The translations under genes and the position numbers were made by a program. Shown piece after piece: positions 51,128 to 60,943 of a DNA stretch of 64,000 nucleotides (its first letter is position 1; every line of letters starts with the position of its first letter). Location: NCBI GenBank assembly GCA_964515395.1, contig CAZERC010000003.1, positions 5,568-69,567 of the forward strand, read 5' to 3'. Below the pieces are notes generated by a model. That model saw nothing but the letters and a program-made list of their open reading frames with translations. It was not told the DNA's origin and searched no databases. The DNA comes from an uncultured Synergistaceae bacterium (lineage in GTDB: Bacteria; Synergistota; Synergistia; Synergistales; Thermovirgaceae).

Positions 51128-52041
51128 GAAGACCATACCTGTTCCTTGTCGACATCCCTGTGGCGGATCATGCACATTCCCGCGGTAAAATCCCGGGCAA
51201 GTTTTTCGGTCAGCGCCACAGAACGGTGTCGTCCCCCTGTGCATCCGATGGCTATCTGCATCTGATGCTTGGCCGTGTTCGCATAAAGGGGAAAGACGAA
51301 TTCCAGCAGGTTCATCACTTTAAACAAAAACTCCCCCGTTTCCGTAAAGGAGTCCATGAAATCCTGGACCTTTTCCGATTTCCCCGAAAGTGGTCTCAGT
51401 TCAGGCACATAGTAGGGATTTGGCAGGAAGCGGACATCGAACACATAGTCTCCGTCCGGCGGGATTCCGTATTTGAAGCCGAAGGAAGTAAAAAGGACCA
51501 TGGGAGTGCCTGGAGAAACATCGAGTTCTTCTCCGAGCTTTCCCCTCAGCTGGGCAAGATCCATGTCGGTGGTATCGATGATGCAGTCCGCCCATTCAAG
51601 TACGGGCGACATTTCCACCCGTTCCATGCCGATGGCTTCAAGGATTGACGCATCAGAAGCCAGTGGATGACGGCGCCTGGTCTTTTCAAACCTCTGCAGG
51701 AGGATGCTGTCGGAGGCATCGAGGAAAAGAACCGTCACTGCAATGCTCTTTTTCCTGAGGAGATCGATGACGGAAAACAGGTCTCTCAGCAGGCGGTTGC
51801 CTCGCACATCCACTACAGCCGCCACACCGCTTTGTACTGCTCCCTCATGTCGGGAAAGCACGGAAAGCAATTGCGGCAGCAAAGCCGGTGGGATGTTGTC
51901 AATAGCGTACATTCCCCTGTCTTCCAGCATGTGCAGTGCCGTGGATTTTCCCCCGCCGGACATCCCGGTGATAATAATGCACCGTTGAACTTTTTGTCCT
52001 GTCGTCAGGGGGTTCATCCCGTTTTCAGGAGTGATGTCCAC
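51124..52041 (-). CDS. rapZ: RapZ/YvcJ P-loop protein
   Basis: TGMSGGGKS, DNIP, TRRRHPL, SFGFKYG, DVRFLPNP, GCTGGRHRSV. Confidence 0.95.
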   Translation of the reverse strand: MDITPENGMNPLTTGQKVQRCIIITGMSGGGKSTALHMLEDRGMYAIDNIPPALLPQLLSVLSRHEGAVQSGVAAVVDVRGNRLLRDLFSVIDLLRKKSIAVTVLFLDASDSILLQRFEKTRRRHPLASDASILEAIGMERVEMSPVLEWADCIIDTTDMDLAQLRGKLGEELDVSPGTPMVLFTSFGFKYGIPPDGDYVFDVRFLPNPYYVPELRPLSGKSEKVQDFMDSFTETGEFLFKVMNLLEFVFPLYANTAKHQMQIAIGCTGGRHRSVALTEKLARDFTAGMCMIRHRDVDKEQVWSS

Positions 52042-52861
52042 CACACTCTCCTCCTTTGCCGGAAGCGATTTCAACGGCATGTCGAAGAACCGGGCTTACG
52101 GCTTCGAAGCACTGCATCGCGCCCCGCCTGCTCCCGGGAAGAGCCAGGACAAGTGTTCGTCCGATTACTTTCGCCGTCCCCCGAGAAAGGATGGATCGCA
52201 GGGTGAAAGAGGATGTCTTCCAGCGCATGTATTCCCCGAGTCCGGGGACATCTTTGCCGGGAAGGATTGCCAGGGCCTCAGGGGTAACATCCCTGGCGGC
52301 AAGACCGGTTCCCCCGGTGATCAGAACCAGATCGAGCGCATTGTCACCGGTGGTCCATACCTTCAGAGCGGACAGGATGTCCTCCTTGACGTCAGGCACT
52401 ATCGTACGTTCGGAGAAAATGCCCCCGATGCTTTCGACGGCCTTGGCCAGGGCGGGTCCCGAAGTATCTTCCCTTTCTCCCCGGCTGCCCTTGTCACTGA
52501 CGGTCATGATGCCGGTGTATATGGGAGGCCAGAATTCGACCGTTTCGGAAACCGTGACAAAGCCCTGTCTGAGGACCTCGCAGGAAATTCCGCCATCTTC
52601 GCCGGACTTACAATCAAGAAGGACCCCGTCGGTGGAAAAATGAAGAAATCCACGTTTGCCAAGGGGGAAAAGATGGCTGCTGAGGCAGATGGTAAAGGAC
52701 CTGTCGGCACAATGGTCTTGTGATCCGGGTGAAACAGGAAGGATTCGGCAATGATGGCCGTTGACGCAGGATCGTCCCCTGGAATCGGTGTGAAAAAAGG
52801 CAATCGGCATTTTGCCGATTTCGGCCCCGTTTTCAGAAAACCCGAGCACCCTCGGCTTCAT
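52025..52861 (-). CDS. mog: Molybdopterin adenylyltransferase (MogA/MoaB) with N-terminal MOSC-like extension
   Basis: TVSDK..REDTSG, TGGTG..RDVTPEA, LSRG, LPGS. Confidence 0.85.
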   Translation of the reverse strand: MKPRVLGFSENGAEIGKMPIAFFHTDSRGRSCVNGHHCRILPVSPGSQDHCADRSFTICLSSHLFPLGKRGFLHFSTDGVLLDCKSGEDGGISCEVLRQGFVTVSETVEFWPPIYTGIMTVSDKGSRGEREDTSGPALAKAVESIGGIFSERTIVPDVKEDILSALKVWTTGDNALDLVLITGGTGLAARDVTPEALAILPGKDVPGLGEYMRWKTSSFTLRSILSRGTAKVIGRTLVLALPGSRRGAMQCFEAVSPVLRHAVEIASGKGGECGGHHS

Positions 52862-53343
52862 TTGCCACCCTCCGCTCGGTAGATACCGGATTTACCGCCA
52901 CTTTTCTCCAGAAGGCGGATGTTTCCTATGCTCATTCCCTTGTCGATGCCCTTGCACATGTCATACACCGTCAATGCCGCAACGGAGACCCCTGTCAGGG
53001 CTTCCATTTCGACACCGGTCACCTCACGGGCTGACACGTGACAGGTAATCCGGATTCTTTGGGTTTCTTTTTCAAGACGACAGGTGACCGATACGCTGTC
53101 GAGGCGGATGGTATGGCACAAGGGAATCAATGCCGCAGTCTGCTTGCAGGCCATGATCCCGGCCGTTTCCGCTATGGAGAGGACGTTTCCTTTCGGTGTC
53201 GTCCCTTCAGCCAGTGCTTTGAACACGGAGACAGGGAGATCAACGGTCCCCTCGGCAAGGGCTTCTCTTGATGTCGTGTGCTTGTTCCCCACATCCACCA
53301 TTCTTGGTCGACCGTCTTTGTCAAGGTGTGTGAAATCCGCCAT
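52858..53343 (-). CDS. moaC: Cyclic pyranopterin monophosphate synthase
   Basis: FTHLD..MVDV, LIPLCH, TGVEMEAL, YDMCK, KSGGKSG. Confidence 0.96.
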   Translation of the reverse strand: MADFTHLDKDGRPRMVDVGNKHTTSREALAEGTVDLPVSVFKALAEGTTPKGNVLSIAETAGIMACKQTAALIPLCHTIRLDSVSVTCRLEKETQRIRITCHVSAREVTGVEMEALTGVSVAALTVYDMCKGIDKGMSIGNIRLLEKSGGKSGIYRAEGGK

Positions 53344-53348
53344 GGGCG

Positions 53349-54332
53349 TCATCCTCCGATCTGCGACATGTGGCGCTCTGAATTCTCCAGTACAGTCCAG
53401 CTTTTCGGTTTCAGGAAAGCCGCCTCGCGGATTGTCCTCTGGAGAGCTTCGATGTCTCTTGAACGAATGAGTGGCAGCAGATCCGTTCCCTGGTTGGCGA
53501 AAAGACAGGCTCGCATCTCTCCCGTCGCCGTTATTCGCAACCTGTTGCATTTTTCGCAAAAGTGGTGGCTGACTGCAGCAATGACACCGATACGTTGTCC
53601 GGTGACCCTGTTCTGGTAATACGTGGCAGGACCGTCATGGTTGTGCGCGGAATCCGGGGGAAGCGCGCGCCAGGTTTCAGTCCCACCCGGGAGTTTCTGG
53701 AAGATGTCGTCAGCCTGAATGAAACGGTTTTCAGCCCAAACGTCATTGTCGAGAGGCATGAACTCTATGAAACGGATCACGGCGCGATGTTCGCCGGCAA
53801 AGCGTATAAGGGATTCTATTTCATCGTCGTTGAAACCGTTAATAAGAACGGTGTTGATTTTCAGCGGTATCACCGTCGTCTCGGCAAAAACCCTGATTCC
53901 TTTGATCACGTCGTCATAGGCGTCAGTCCTTGTGATGAAACGAAACTTCTCAGGATCCAGAGTGTCAAGACTGACGTTGATTCCCGAAATGCCGGTGTCC
54001 TTGAGAGCCCGGGAATATTGTGAAAGCATGGAACCGTTTGTCGTTGCGGCGATGCGCAAATCAGGATGGTTTTCCTTTATTTGTCTCAAGAAGTCGACAA
54101 AGCCCTTTCTGACGAAGGGTTCTCCACCGGTAAAGCGGACCTTCTTGATGCCCATGGGCATCAGTGAGGATGCAAGAAAATCGATATCCTCGAAAGTCAT
54201 GATCTTTTCGTGAGGTATCCACTGTACGCCTTCCGGAGGCATGCAATATCTGCAGCGTAAATTGCACCGGTCTGTTACGGAAATGCGAAGGTAACTCAGT
54301 ACACGGCCATATTTGTCCATCAGTTTGTCCAT
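53349..54332 (-). CDS. moaA: GTP 3',8-cyclase
   Basis: LRISVTDRCNLRCRYC, TGGEP, CEKCNRLR..C, C-terminal MSQIGG. Confidence 0.97.
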   Translation of the reverse strand: MDKLMDKYGRVLSYLRISVTDRCNLRCRYCMPPEGVQWIPHEKIMTFEDIDFLASSLMPMGIKKVRFTGGEPFVRKGFVDFLRQIKENHPDLRIAATTNGSMLSQYSRALKDTGISGINVSLDTLDPEKFRFITRTDAYDDVIKGIRVFAETTVIPLKINTVLINGFNDDEIESLIRFAGEHRAVIRFIEFMPLDNDVWAENRFIQADDIFQKLPGGTETWRALPPDSAHNHDGPATYYQNRVTGQRIGVIAAVSHHFCEKCNRLRITATGEMRACLFANQGTDLLPLIRSRDIEALQRTIREAAFLKPKSWTVLENSERHMSQIGG

Positions 54333-56239
54333 ATATATCCTCCCAAGGCGTCGACCTCCTGTTTCCAGGCGGGATCTTGCAACGCTTCGATTGCAGCGGC
54401 GATTCCGGGGTGGTCGAGAAATTTCCCCGGGATGAACAATTCGAAGGGTTCTTCGGTGATTGGAATGAAATCCAGTTCCATTGCGTCGGCTACCGCCTTG
54501 ATAGCCAGCGCGGTATCGGCCACATTCGCCGCGACACGGCCGGCGGCGTCAAGGTGGGTAATCGCAATCGACTCATACCCCCTGACATTCTGACATGAGA
54601 TACGTGCATCGGCAAGAAGCGCATCGAGGAGTACCCGGGTTCCTGCTCCTGACTGGCGATTGATGATTGTGACGTCCTCCCGCAGGAGATCCTCGACGTT
54701 TCTGAGACCTTTCGGGTTGCCCTTTGGAACCAGAAAACCCTGCAATCTGTTGTAGACGTGGATTCTTTCCCATTCTTCCGCTCCCGGGAGGGATTCGATG
54801 TAAGGTGTATTGTACCGTCCTGTTTCGGGATCGAGAAGATGACAAGCGGCCATGTGACCTTCTCCCCTGGCCAGGGCCATGACGCCGCCAAGGCTTCCAA
54901 CGGATCTGATAATCATTTCAGCGCCCCGTGAACTTACGTAGCTTGGCAGACGTTCAATACCCGGGTCGTTCGACCCCTGGTAGAGGGCACGCTTTTTCCA
55001 TTCAACGGGTTTTACGATCCATACGTGAATTCCGCTGCCTTTCGGATATTCGAGATCAGTTTCCGTCAGGAGCGAAAAACCGTCCGCCTCGGCCATGGAC
55101 CACATGGTGCTTGATCCGGCAGGCATGATCCAGCTGTATCTCTGTCCCTCGATGTCGGCGCAACGAAGCCGGAGCCATTCAGAAATTCCCTGGGGGGAAG
55201 AATGATGGACAAGGAGTCTTGTTGGTACTTCTTCGCGGGCTCCCAGGGCTTCGTGTATTGCATGCCTGATTGCGGGTCCTTCGCCTCCAAGGAGTTTAAG
55301 GAGAGGGAACACGACGGACCAGGCTGTTACGAGAGTTGACATCGGAAAGCCAGGCAGGGCGACAAGGGGTTTTCCCAAAGCTTCCCCGAGCATGACGGGT
55401 CTCCCCGGCTTCATACGTACCCATCTGAAATGTAGCGTCCCAAGGCTGGATATGATGTTTGCGCTGTGATCGCGCTCACCTTTTGCCGTTCCTGCCCCCA
55501 AAAGTATGAGATCATAGTCGGAGATGGCTTTTCGGACCGCCTGTTCAATGGCTTGCGGATCATCGGGAATCACGGGATGGATGTCGAGACGATACCCCCA
55601 GAGGTCGAAGAGCCCCGAGAGAAGAAGTGAATTTGTTTCCGGGACTGTTCCCGGTTCAAGCTCGTTTGGCAGATTCGGGTCATCCAGTGGACGTATTTCA
55701 TCGCCTGTGGGGATGAAAAGTGTCCGTGGAAGCGGAAAAACAGGGACATTCTTCCATCCTGCCGCCGCCAGAAGCGCCTTGTGGCAGGGCGAAATTCTTT
55801 CGCCTTTTCGGACGATGATTTGTCCTTTTGAGACATCCTCCCCCACAGGTCGGAGGTTGGCTCCCTTGCTGACGGCCCGAAAGACCTGCATGGACCCGTC
55901 TTCGGAAAGAGATGCATCTTCGACCATGACGACAGCGTCAAAGGGTTCCGGAACCCATCCACCCGTATTGACCCACTTGATGTCCTCAGGTGTCATTTCA
56001 GCTGGTTGCGCCGGTGACGCGTAGGCAGTCTGTTCCGCCATAACGGCATAACCGTCCACAGCTGATGCCTGGTAATGTGGCACGTTACGCATGGAAGCCA
56101 CATCCCGAAAAAGTCGCCGACCCAGACAATGTGATTCATGGATGTTGACGGACTCTTCCCTTTCGAGTGGGTCGAACAGATTGTCAAGGAAGGAACGGAT
56201 CTCTTCCAGTCCGATGTGTTCACTTGGGGCATTTACCAT
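54320..56239 (-). CDS. moeA: Molybdopterin molybdo/tungsto-transferase MoeA fused to a PBP-like domain
   Basis: SAVDGYAV, TGDE, PGRP, LPGFP; C-terminal GSLGG..GEGHMAACHLLD, NRQSGAGTR. Confidence 0.9.
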   Translation of the reverse strand: MVNAPSEHIGLEEIRSFLDNLFDPLEREESVNIHESHCLGRRLFRDVASMRNVPHYQASAVDGYAVMAEQTAYASPAQPAEMTPEDIKWVNTGGWVPEPFDAVVMVEDASLSEDGSMQVFRAVSKGANLRPVGEDVSKGQIIVRKGERISPCHKALLAAAGWKNVPVFPLPRTLFIPTGDEIRPLDDPNLPNELEPGTVPETNSLLLSGLFDLWGYRLDIHPVIPDDPQAIEQAVRKAISDYDLILLGAGTAKGERDHSANIISSLGTLHFRWVRMKPGRPVMLGEALGKPLVALPGFPMSTLVTAWSVVFPLLKLLGGEGPAIRHAIHEALGAREEVPTRLLVHHSSPQGISEWLRLRCADIEGQRYSWIMPAGSSTMWSMAEADGFSLLTETDLEYPKGSGIHVWIVKPVEWKKRALYQGSNDPGIERLPSYVSSRGAEMIIRSVGSLGGVMALARGEGHMAACHLLDPETGRYNTPYIESLPGAEEWERIHVYNRLQGFLVPKGNPKGLRNVEDLLREDVTIINRQSGAGTRVLLDALLADARISCQNVRGYESIAITHLDAAGRVAANVADTALAIKAVADAMELDFIPITEEPFELFIPGKFLDHPGIAAAIEALQDPAWKQEVDALGGYIWTN

Positions 56240-57477
56240 AGCCAGACCTCCGCCTTGTCACCTTTCCGAATCGTTTCCCTTTCCACAGGAATGCGCACGA
56301 GTCCGGTTGCGCGGGCCATGGTTCCCACGTAACCGGACTTGCCTATCAGCGGGAGGATGCGGTTGGTTTCGATTCGTGCCGGGAAAAATTCCTCCACGCC
56401 GCTTTTGCCGAAAATATCTTTGGCCACCTCGAGTTCCGCCTTCTGGAAAATTTCATCCTCTCCCGATTCGCTCCCGGTAATCAATGCCACTAAAAGAGGC
56501 AGCACAAAAGTCCACATGACAATAGCGCAGGAAAGCGGGTGACCGGGAAGCCCGATGGCCAGTTTCCGCCGTCGGGAGTTGCCACCTACAAGAGTGGGTT
56601 TGCCGGGGGAGATGTTGAGTCCTCTCGTGACCAGACCGGGGTTCTCGAGAGATTCAAGGGTTTCGCTCGTGAAATCCCTGGCACTGACGGAAGAGCCGCC
56701 GCTCAAAAAGATGATGTCATTGTTTTCGAGTGCAGCAGAAACACGGGATTCCAGGTGTTCAGGGTCATCGGGAACGATCCCCCAATAGCTCCAGGTGATC
56801 CCCTGGCTCTCCAGAACGGCGGCAATCATGCCGGAGTTCGTGTCCCTGATCTTCCCTTTTTGCAGTGGCCTTGTTCCCGCAGGAACCAGTTCGTCTCCGG
56901 TGCCGAGGATTGCGGCTTTGATCCTGAGCACGGGCACGCTTGAGAAACCGAATGAGGAAAGATAGTTGATGCCACGGAAATCAATAAGTTGCCCCTTGCC
57001 GAGGAGTCGATCCCCGATCTTCACTTCTTCGGCCCTGCGCATGATGTTTTCTCCGCTTTGCAGTGACCTGCGGACTTCAAGGGTTTCAGCCAGAAGAGAG
57101 CTATCCTCGATCATGAGTACCGAGTCGGCACCTTCGGGCAGGCAGCCTCCTGTAGAGATTGCCGCAGCCTCGCCGGGAGACAGGGTGAAGTCAGGCTTTT
57201 CCCCCATGGGGACGGTCCCCTTGACCTTCAAAAAGGTCGGACTGCCGGAAGATGCACCGACGGTGTCTCGTGCGGAAAGGGCAAACCCGTCTCGCAGGCT
57301 TCTGTCAAAGGGAGGATGTTCCTCGGCGGAAACGATGTCCCTTCCGATACGCAAGCCGACGGCCTCCAAAAGTGGTATTTCTTCTGACTGCACAGGCCAG
57401 GGAAACTCCAGTTCCGACATGATGCGGTGAAGAGCCGTATCCCTGGACAACGTTTCTGTGACAAAGCGGTTCATCAC
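56233..57477 (-). CDS. moeA: Molybdopterin molybdotransferase MoeA
   Basis: PPFDRSLRDGFA, TGDEL, SGGSS, PGKPT, GLPGHP. Confidence 0.93.
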   Translation of the reverse strand: MMNRFVTETLSRDTALHRIMSELEFPWPVQSEEIPLLEAVGLRIGRDIVSAEEHPPFDRSLRDGFALSARDTVGASSGSPTFLKVKGTVPMGEKPDFTLSPGEAAAISTGGCLPEGADSVLMIEDSSLLAETLEVRRSLQSGENIMRRAEEVKIGDRLLGKGQLIDFRGINYLSSFGFSSVPVLRIKAAILGTGDELVPAGTRPLQKGKIRDTNSGMIAAVLESQGITWSYWGIVPDDPEHLESRVSAALENNDIIFLSGGSSVSARDFTSETLESLENPGLVTRGLNISPGKPTLVGGNSRRRKLAIGLPGHPLSCAIVMWTFVLPLLVALITGSESGEDEIFQKAELEVAKDIFGKSGVEEFFPARIETNRILPLIGKSGYVGTMARATGLVRIPVERETIRKGDKAEVWLW

Positions 57478-57537
57478 TTGTCTCCGGCTTGCCGCTGCCG
57501 CCGATATTTCAAAATGACAAAGGTTATCGGCATTTCA

Positions 57538-58215
57538 TTAATCCTGGTACGTGACCAGAGTCGGGTAACCTTCAGAGGAGAGGGTTTTTTCAAGTTGTTC
57601 CGCCGCCCTCCGGTTGTCGCCGGCCTTTACCCTGACCCGGTAGTACTGCTTTCCACCGACCTCAGCAGGAATGACAAAAGATTCGTGACCTTTCTGCCGT
57701 AATTCGGACGCAAGGTTTTCCGCGGATTCACGGACTGTAAAGGCGCCTACCTGAACTCCCCAGAATCCCGATGGGGCGGTCGAGGTTGCAGATGCCGGCT
57801 GTTGCGTTTTTTCTGCTTCCATTGAACCGGCTTCTTCCGCTTGTTTGCTTTCCTGCTTCTTCGCGGTCGCAGCCGCTTCTTCCTCTTCCGTCGATGGTGT
57901 CTGGCCCGTTCCTGCATAGTCTTCCTCTTCATCGGTGATTTCGACGGGTACTGCCACTACGGGTTTCGACTGGCTATCTTCTGTCTGGTAACCTTCTGAA
58001 GGCGCGTTTTCCTCCTGATATGACTCCTGTATTGTCACAGATTCTTCAGCCTCGTAGTCTCCCATTGAAAACTCTTCGGGCGACTGGAAAAAAAGAAGAC
58101 GCACACCGAGAATGAGAAGCCCGAGTGCAAGTAACCCGACAAGAGGCAGCATGATGTGGCCGAATGAAAAGATTGACCGGCGTTCCTTGAATTTTCGTCC
58201 TCTTCGCATGTTCAC
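57538..58215 (-). CDS. Membrane-anchored SPOR-domain protein (FtsN/DedD-like architecture)
   Basis: Basic N-terminus, one TM, acidic disordered linker, VQVGAF..AENL..YYRVRV SPOR domain. Confidence 0.88.
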   Translation of the reverse strand: MNMRRGRKFKERRSIFSFGHIMLPLVGLLALGLLILGVRLLFFQSPEEFSMGDYEAEESVTIQESYQEENAPSEGYQTEDSQSKPVVAVPVEITDEEEDYAGTGQTPSTEEEEAAATAKKQESKQAEEAGSMEAEKTQQPASATSTAPSGFWGVQVGAFTVRESAENLASELRQKGHESFVIPAEVGGKQYYRVRVKAGDNRRAAEQLEKTLSSEGYPTLVTYQD

Positions 58216-59729
58216 ACCCCTTTACCTCGATCCTGAAAATCCTCCTGTAACCCAAGCAATTCCAGGTGCCTTGCGGTACGGATCGTCACGTCTTTTCCCG
58301 TTCTTTCCAGCACCGAATCAAGTTCGGTGTCGGCGCTGCTCCAGGCAAGACGGTGTTCCCTGGCTGCTTCACGGTAGCTTGGAAGACGGAGATCAATCCC
58401 TCGGCTTCCTGATTTCGCAAGATATCGTCTCAGAATGCCGGTTTTTTCCTTGATGTTCCCTGAAGACGCAAATTGTACGTTTCTCCAGGCCGTCTGTGGT
58501 TTCGGCACAAAAATGCTCAGGGAAGCCACTGTTTTCAGGTTCGTTTCGTTTCGTACCATTTCGATAAGCTTTGCCGTCTCAAGAATATGTTCACTGGCTT
58601 CGCCAGGCAAGCCTATCATGAAATACATTTTGACTTTTTGTATGCCTTTTTCCTTCGCACGGTGAAGCTTCTCGATGACAATGTCGTTGGTAAAGCTTTT
58701 GCCGCAGGTTTTTCTGAGTTCTTCATCCCCTGTTTCCGGTGCGATCGTCAATGTTCGCTGGCCGCTCCCGGAGAGCGCTGAAAGAATTTCGTCTGAAAGG
58801 GAATCGACCCTCATTGATGCAAAGGAGACGGAAAACCTGTTGTTTTTGATTTCCCGCAGGACCTCTTCGATCCAGGGATAATCTCCAGATTCCGGGGCGA
58901 TGATTCCAATGTGCGTGGCTCCGGTTTTTCTCATGGAGGAAATATCCTCAAGAACGAATTCTGGAGGTCGCATTCTGGGATGCCCGAAACAAGCCGGAAT
59001 CGTGCAAAATTTGCAGTTCCTCCAGCACCCTCTCTGGGTTTCGACGAGAAAAGCGTCGGGAAATACGCTTCGGGGCGTTGTCCAGGTGCTTTTTCCGTAC
59101 ACTTTCCTCATGTCCCTGCAAATGGACTTGCGTCGGTGAATCGCCTGCCCCTTCAGCAGTGGTTCAAGATGAATCGGAGGCACAAAGAAATACGGGCTTG
59201 CCGACAAGGATTCCCAGAGACGCTGCCTGTTTCCGTGATTGTGAAAATAGGCTCTTGCCGACTCAACCAGGTGGTCGAAAAGCTCCTCTCCGTCCCCGAG
59301 AGCGATGAAATCCGCATATCGTGAGAGTCCAAGAGGGTTGATGTATGAAATCCCGCCACCGATCCCCAGCAATGGCCCATCTTTTTCGGACCGTTCCCGC
59401 CAGGTTTCGGGAATTCCCCATTCCCTCAGCATGTTTACGAGTGTCAGCATATCTGGTTCGTAAGCGACGGAAGCAGTCAACAAACGAAAATTCCTTGCCG
59501 GACGGTCTGATTCCACGGATATTCCCGGTAAAGGCTGGCTGAAAAAGCGTTCAACGGCAACTCCACGTTCGCGCAATGCCCTGTAGACGGAATGTACGCC
59601 GAGATTTGCCATGCCGACTTCATAGCTTTGCGGATACGCCAACGCCCAGAGAGGGTCACCCCCCGAGGGCAGTGGTTCTACGAGTTGCTCCCGCGCGCGG
59701 AAATCATTCCAGGAGACTCTGGACGACAC
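58212..59729 (-). CDS. Radical SAM protein with N-terminal B12-binding-like domain
   Basis: YPQSYEVGMANLG, GDGEE, QRGCWRNCKFC, SMRVD, TIAPETG, YFMIGLPGE, FVPKPQT. Confidence 0.85.
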   Translation of the reverse strand: MSSRVSWNDFRAREQLVEPLPSGGDPLWALAYPQSYEVGMANLGVHSVYRALRERGVAVERFFSQPLPGISVESDRPARNFRLLTASVAYEPDMLTLVNMLREWGIPETWRERSEKDGPLLGIGGGISYINPLGLSRYADFIALGDGEELFDHLVESARAYFHNHGNRQRLWESLSASPYFFVPPIHLEPLLKGQAIHRRKSICRDMRKVYGKSTWTTPRSVFPDAFLVETQRGCWRNCKFCTIPACFGHPRMRPPEFVLEDISSMRKTGATHIGIIAPESGDYPWIEEVLREIKNNRFSVSFASMRVDSLSDEILSALSGSGQRTLTIAPETGDEELRKTCGKSFTNDIVIEKLHRAKEKGIQKVKMYFMIGLPGEASEHILETAKLIEMVRNETNLKTVASLSIFVPKPQTAWRNVQFASSGNIKEKTGILRRYLAKSGSRGIDLRLPSYREAAREHRLAWSSADTELDSVLERTGKDVTIRTARHLELLGLQEDFQDRGKGV

Positions 59730-59780
59730 TTGAAACCTTCCCCGCTTTCGAAACTCCTTCCGGCAAGATCGTTCCGTTCG

Positions 59781-60923
59781 TCATTCCTGCTGGTCTTTCC
59801 TTCGTCGCAGGACCGAGGGTATGTCCATGTCATCTTCGGGAAGGTCGCTCAGGTTCAGGACTTGCTCCTCTCCAGCCATCCTGACGTCCGTTTCGGTCAG
59901 TTCAAGTCGTACAGGTGCTCCACTCTTTTTTCTCCGGGCCTTTTTCTGCACGCCTTCGGAGGGGAAGCCTGTCGCAATTACCGTAATCTGTATTTTGTCC
60001 TCGTCCATGTCTTCGTCTATTACATGTCCCCAGATGATTGTCGCTTCCGGATCTGCAGCTTCGGTAATGACGTTCGCCGCCTCCTGGATCTCATGGATGC
60101 CGAGATTCGGTCCTCCGGTGACGTTGAAGAGGATTCCCTGCGCACCGCCGATGGGAGAATCCATCAGTGGACTGTTGATGGCGGTTTGTGCTGCAATGAC
60201 GGCCCGGTCGTCGCCATCTCCCTCTCCTATTCCCATAATGGCCGTCCCGGAATTCTGCATGACTGTTCTGACGTCGGCGAAATCGACATTCACCATCCCG
60301 GGACGGAGAATAAGGTCGGTAACTCCCTGGACTGCCTGGCGAAGAACCTCATCCGCCAGTTTGAAAGCGTCCGATAAAGTGGTTCTGCGGTCGGTGATCT
60401 CCAGGAGTTTGTCATTCGGTATGATGATCAGTGCATCAACTTTTTCTTTCAGGTGGGTGATCCCTTCTTCCGCCTGTGCAATCCTGCGTTTTCCCTCGAA
60501 GGAAAAGGGACGTGTTGCCACGGCAACGACGAGAGCGTCAGTTTCCTTGGCCGCTTCGGCAATGACGGGTGAAGCTCCGGTTCCCGTGCCTCCACCCATT
60601 CCTGCCGTCAGAAAGATCATGTCGGCGCCGTTCAGGATCTCCCGCAACTCGTCAATGGATTCTTCTGCTGCACGAAGACCGACTTCAGGATCGGCTCCGG
60701 CACCGAGACCCTTGGTTAACTCCCTACCCAGAACAACCTTGAGATCGGCTTCAGAAAGGCTCAGATGAGCGATGTCCGTGTTGGCTGCAATGAATTCAAC
60801 GCCACGAACACCGCTTCTGACGATGTGGTTCAGTGCATTTCCCCCTCCACCGCCGACACCGACGACCTTGATGATTTCGTGAAACTGTCTCTGGGCACCA
60901 TCTATTTCAAACATTTCCGCCAT
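59781..60923 (-). CDS. ftsZ: Cell division protein FtsZ
   Basis: GVGGGGGNA, GGGTGTG, NVDFADV, C-terminal DIPSVLRR. Confidence 0.98.
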   Translation of the reverse strand: MAEMFEIDGAQRQFHEIIKVVGVGGGGGNALNHIVRSGVRGVEFIAANTDIAHLSLSEADLKVVLGRELTKGLGAGADPEVGLRAAEESIDELREILNGADMIFLTAGMGGGTGTGASPVIAEAAKETDALVVAVATRPFSFEGKRRIAQAEEGITHLKEKVDALIIIPNDKLLEITDRRTTLSDAFKLADEVLRQAVQGVTDLILRPGMVNVDFADVRTVMQNSGTAIMGIGEGDGDDRAVIAAQTAINSPLMDSPIGGAQGILFNVTGGPNLGIHEIQEAANVITEAADPEATIIWGHVIDEDMDEDKIQITVIATGFPSEGVQKKARRKKSGAPVRLELTETDVRMAGEEQVLNLSDLPEDDMDIPSVLRRRKDQQE

Positions 60924-60943
60924 GTCTCATTCCTCCAGGCCTG

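Noticed and set aside
59821..60768. 315-aa ORF antisense to ftsZ
   Set aside because: Ser/Pro/Thr-rich shadow frame of a highly conserved gene; no motif or RBS
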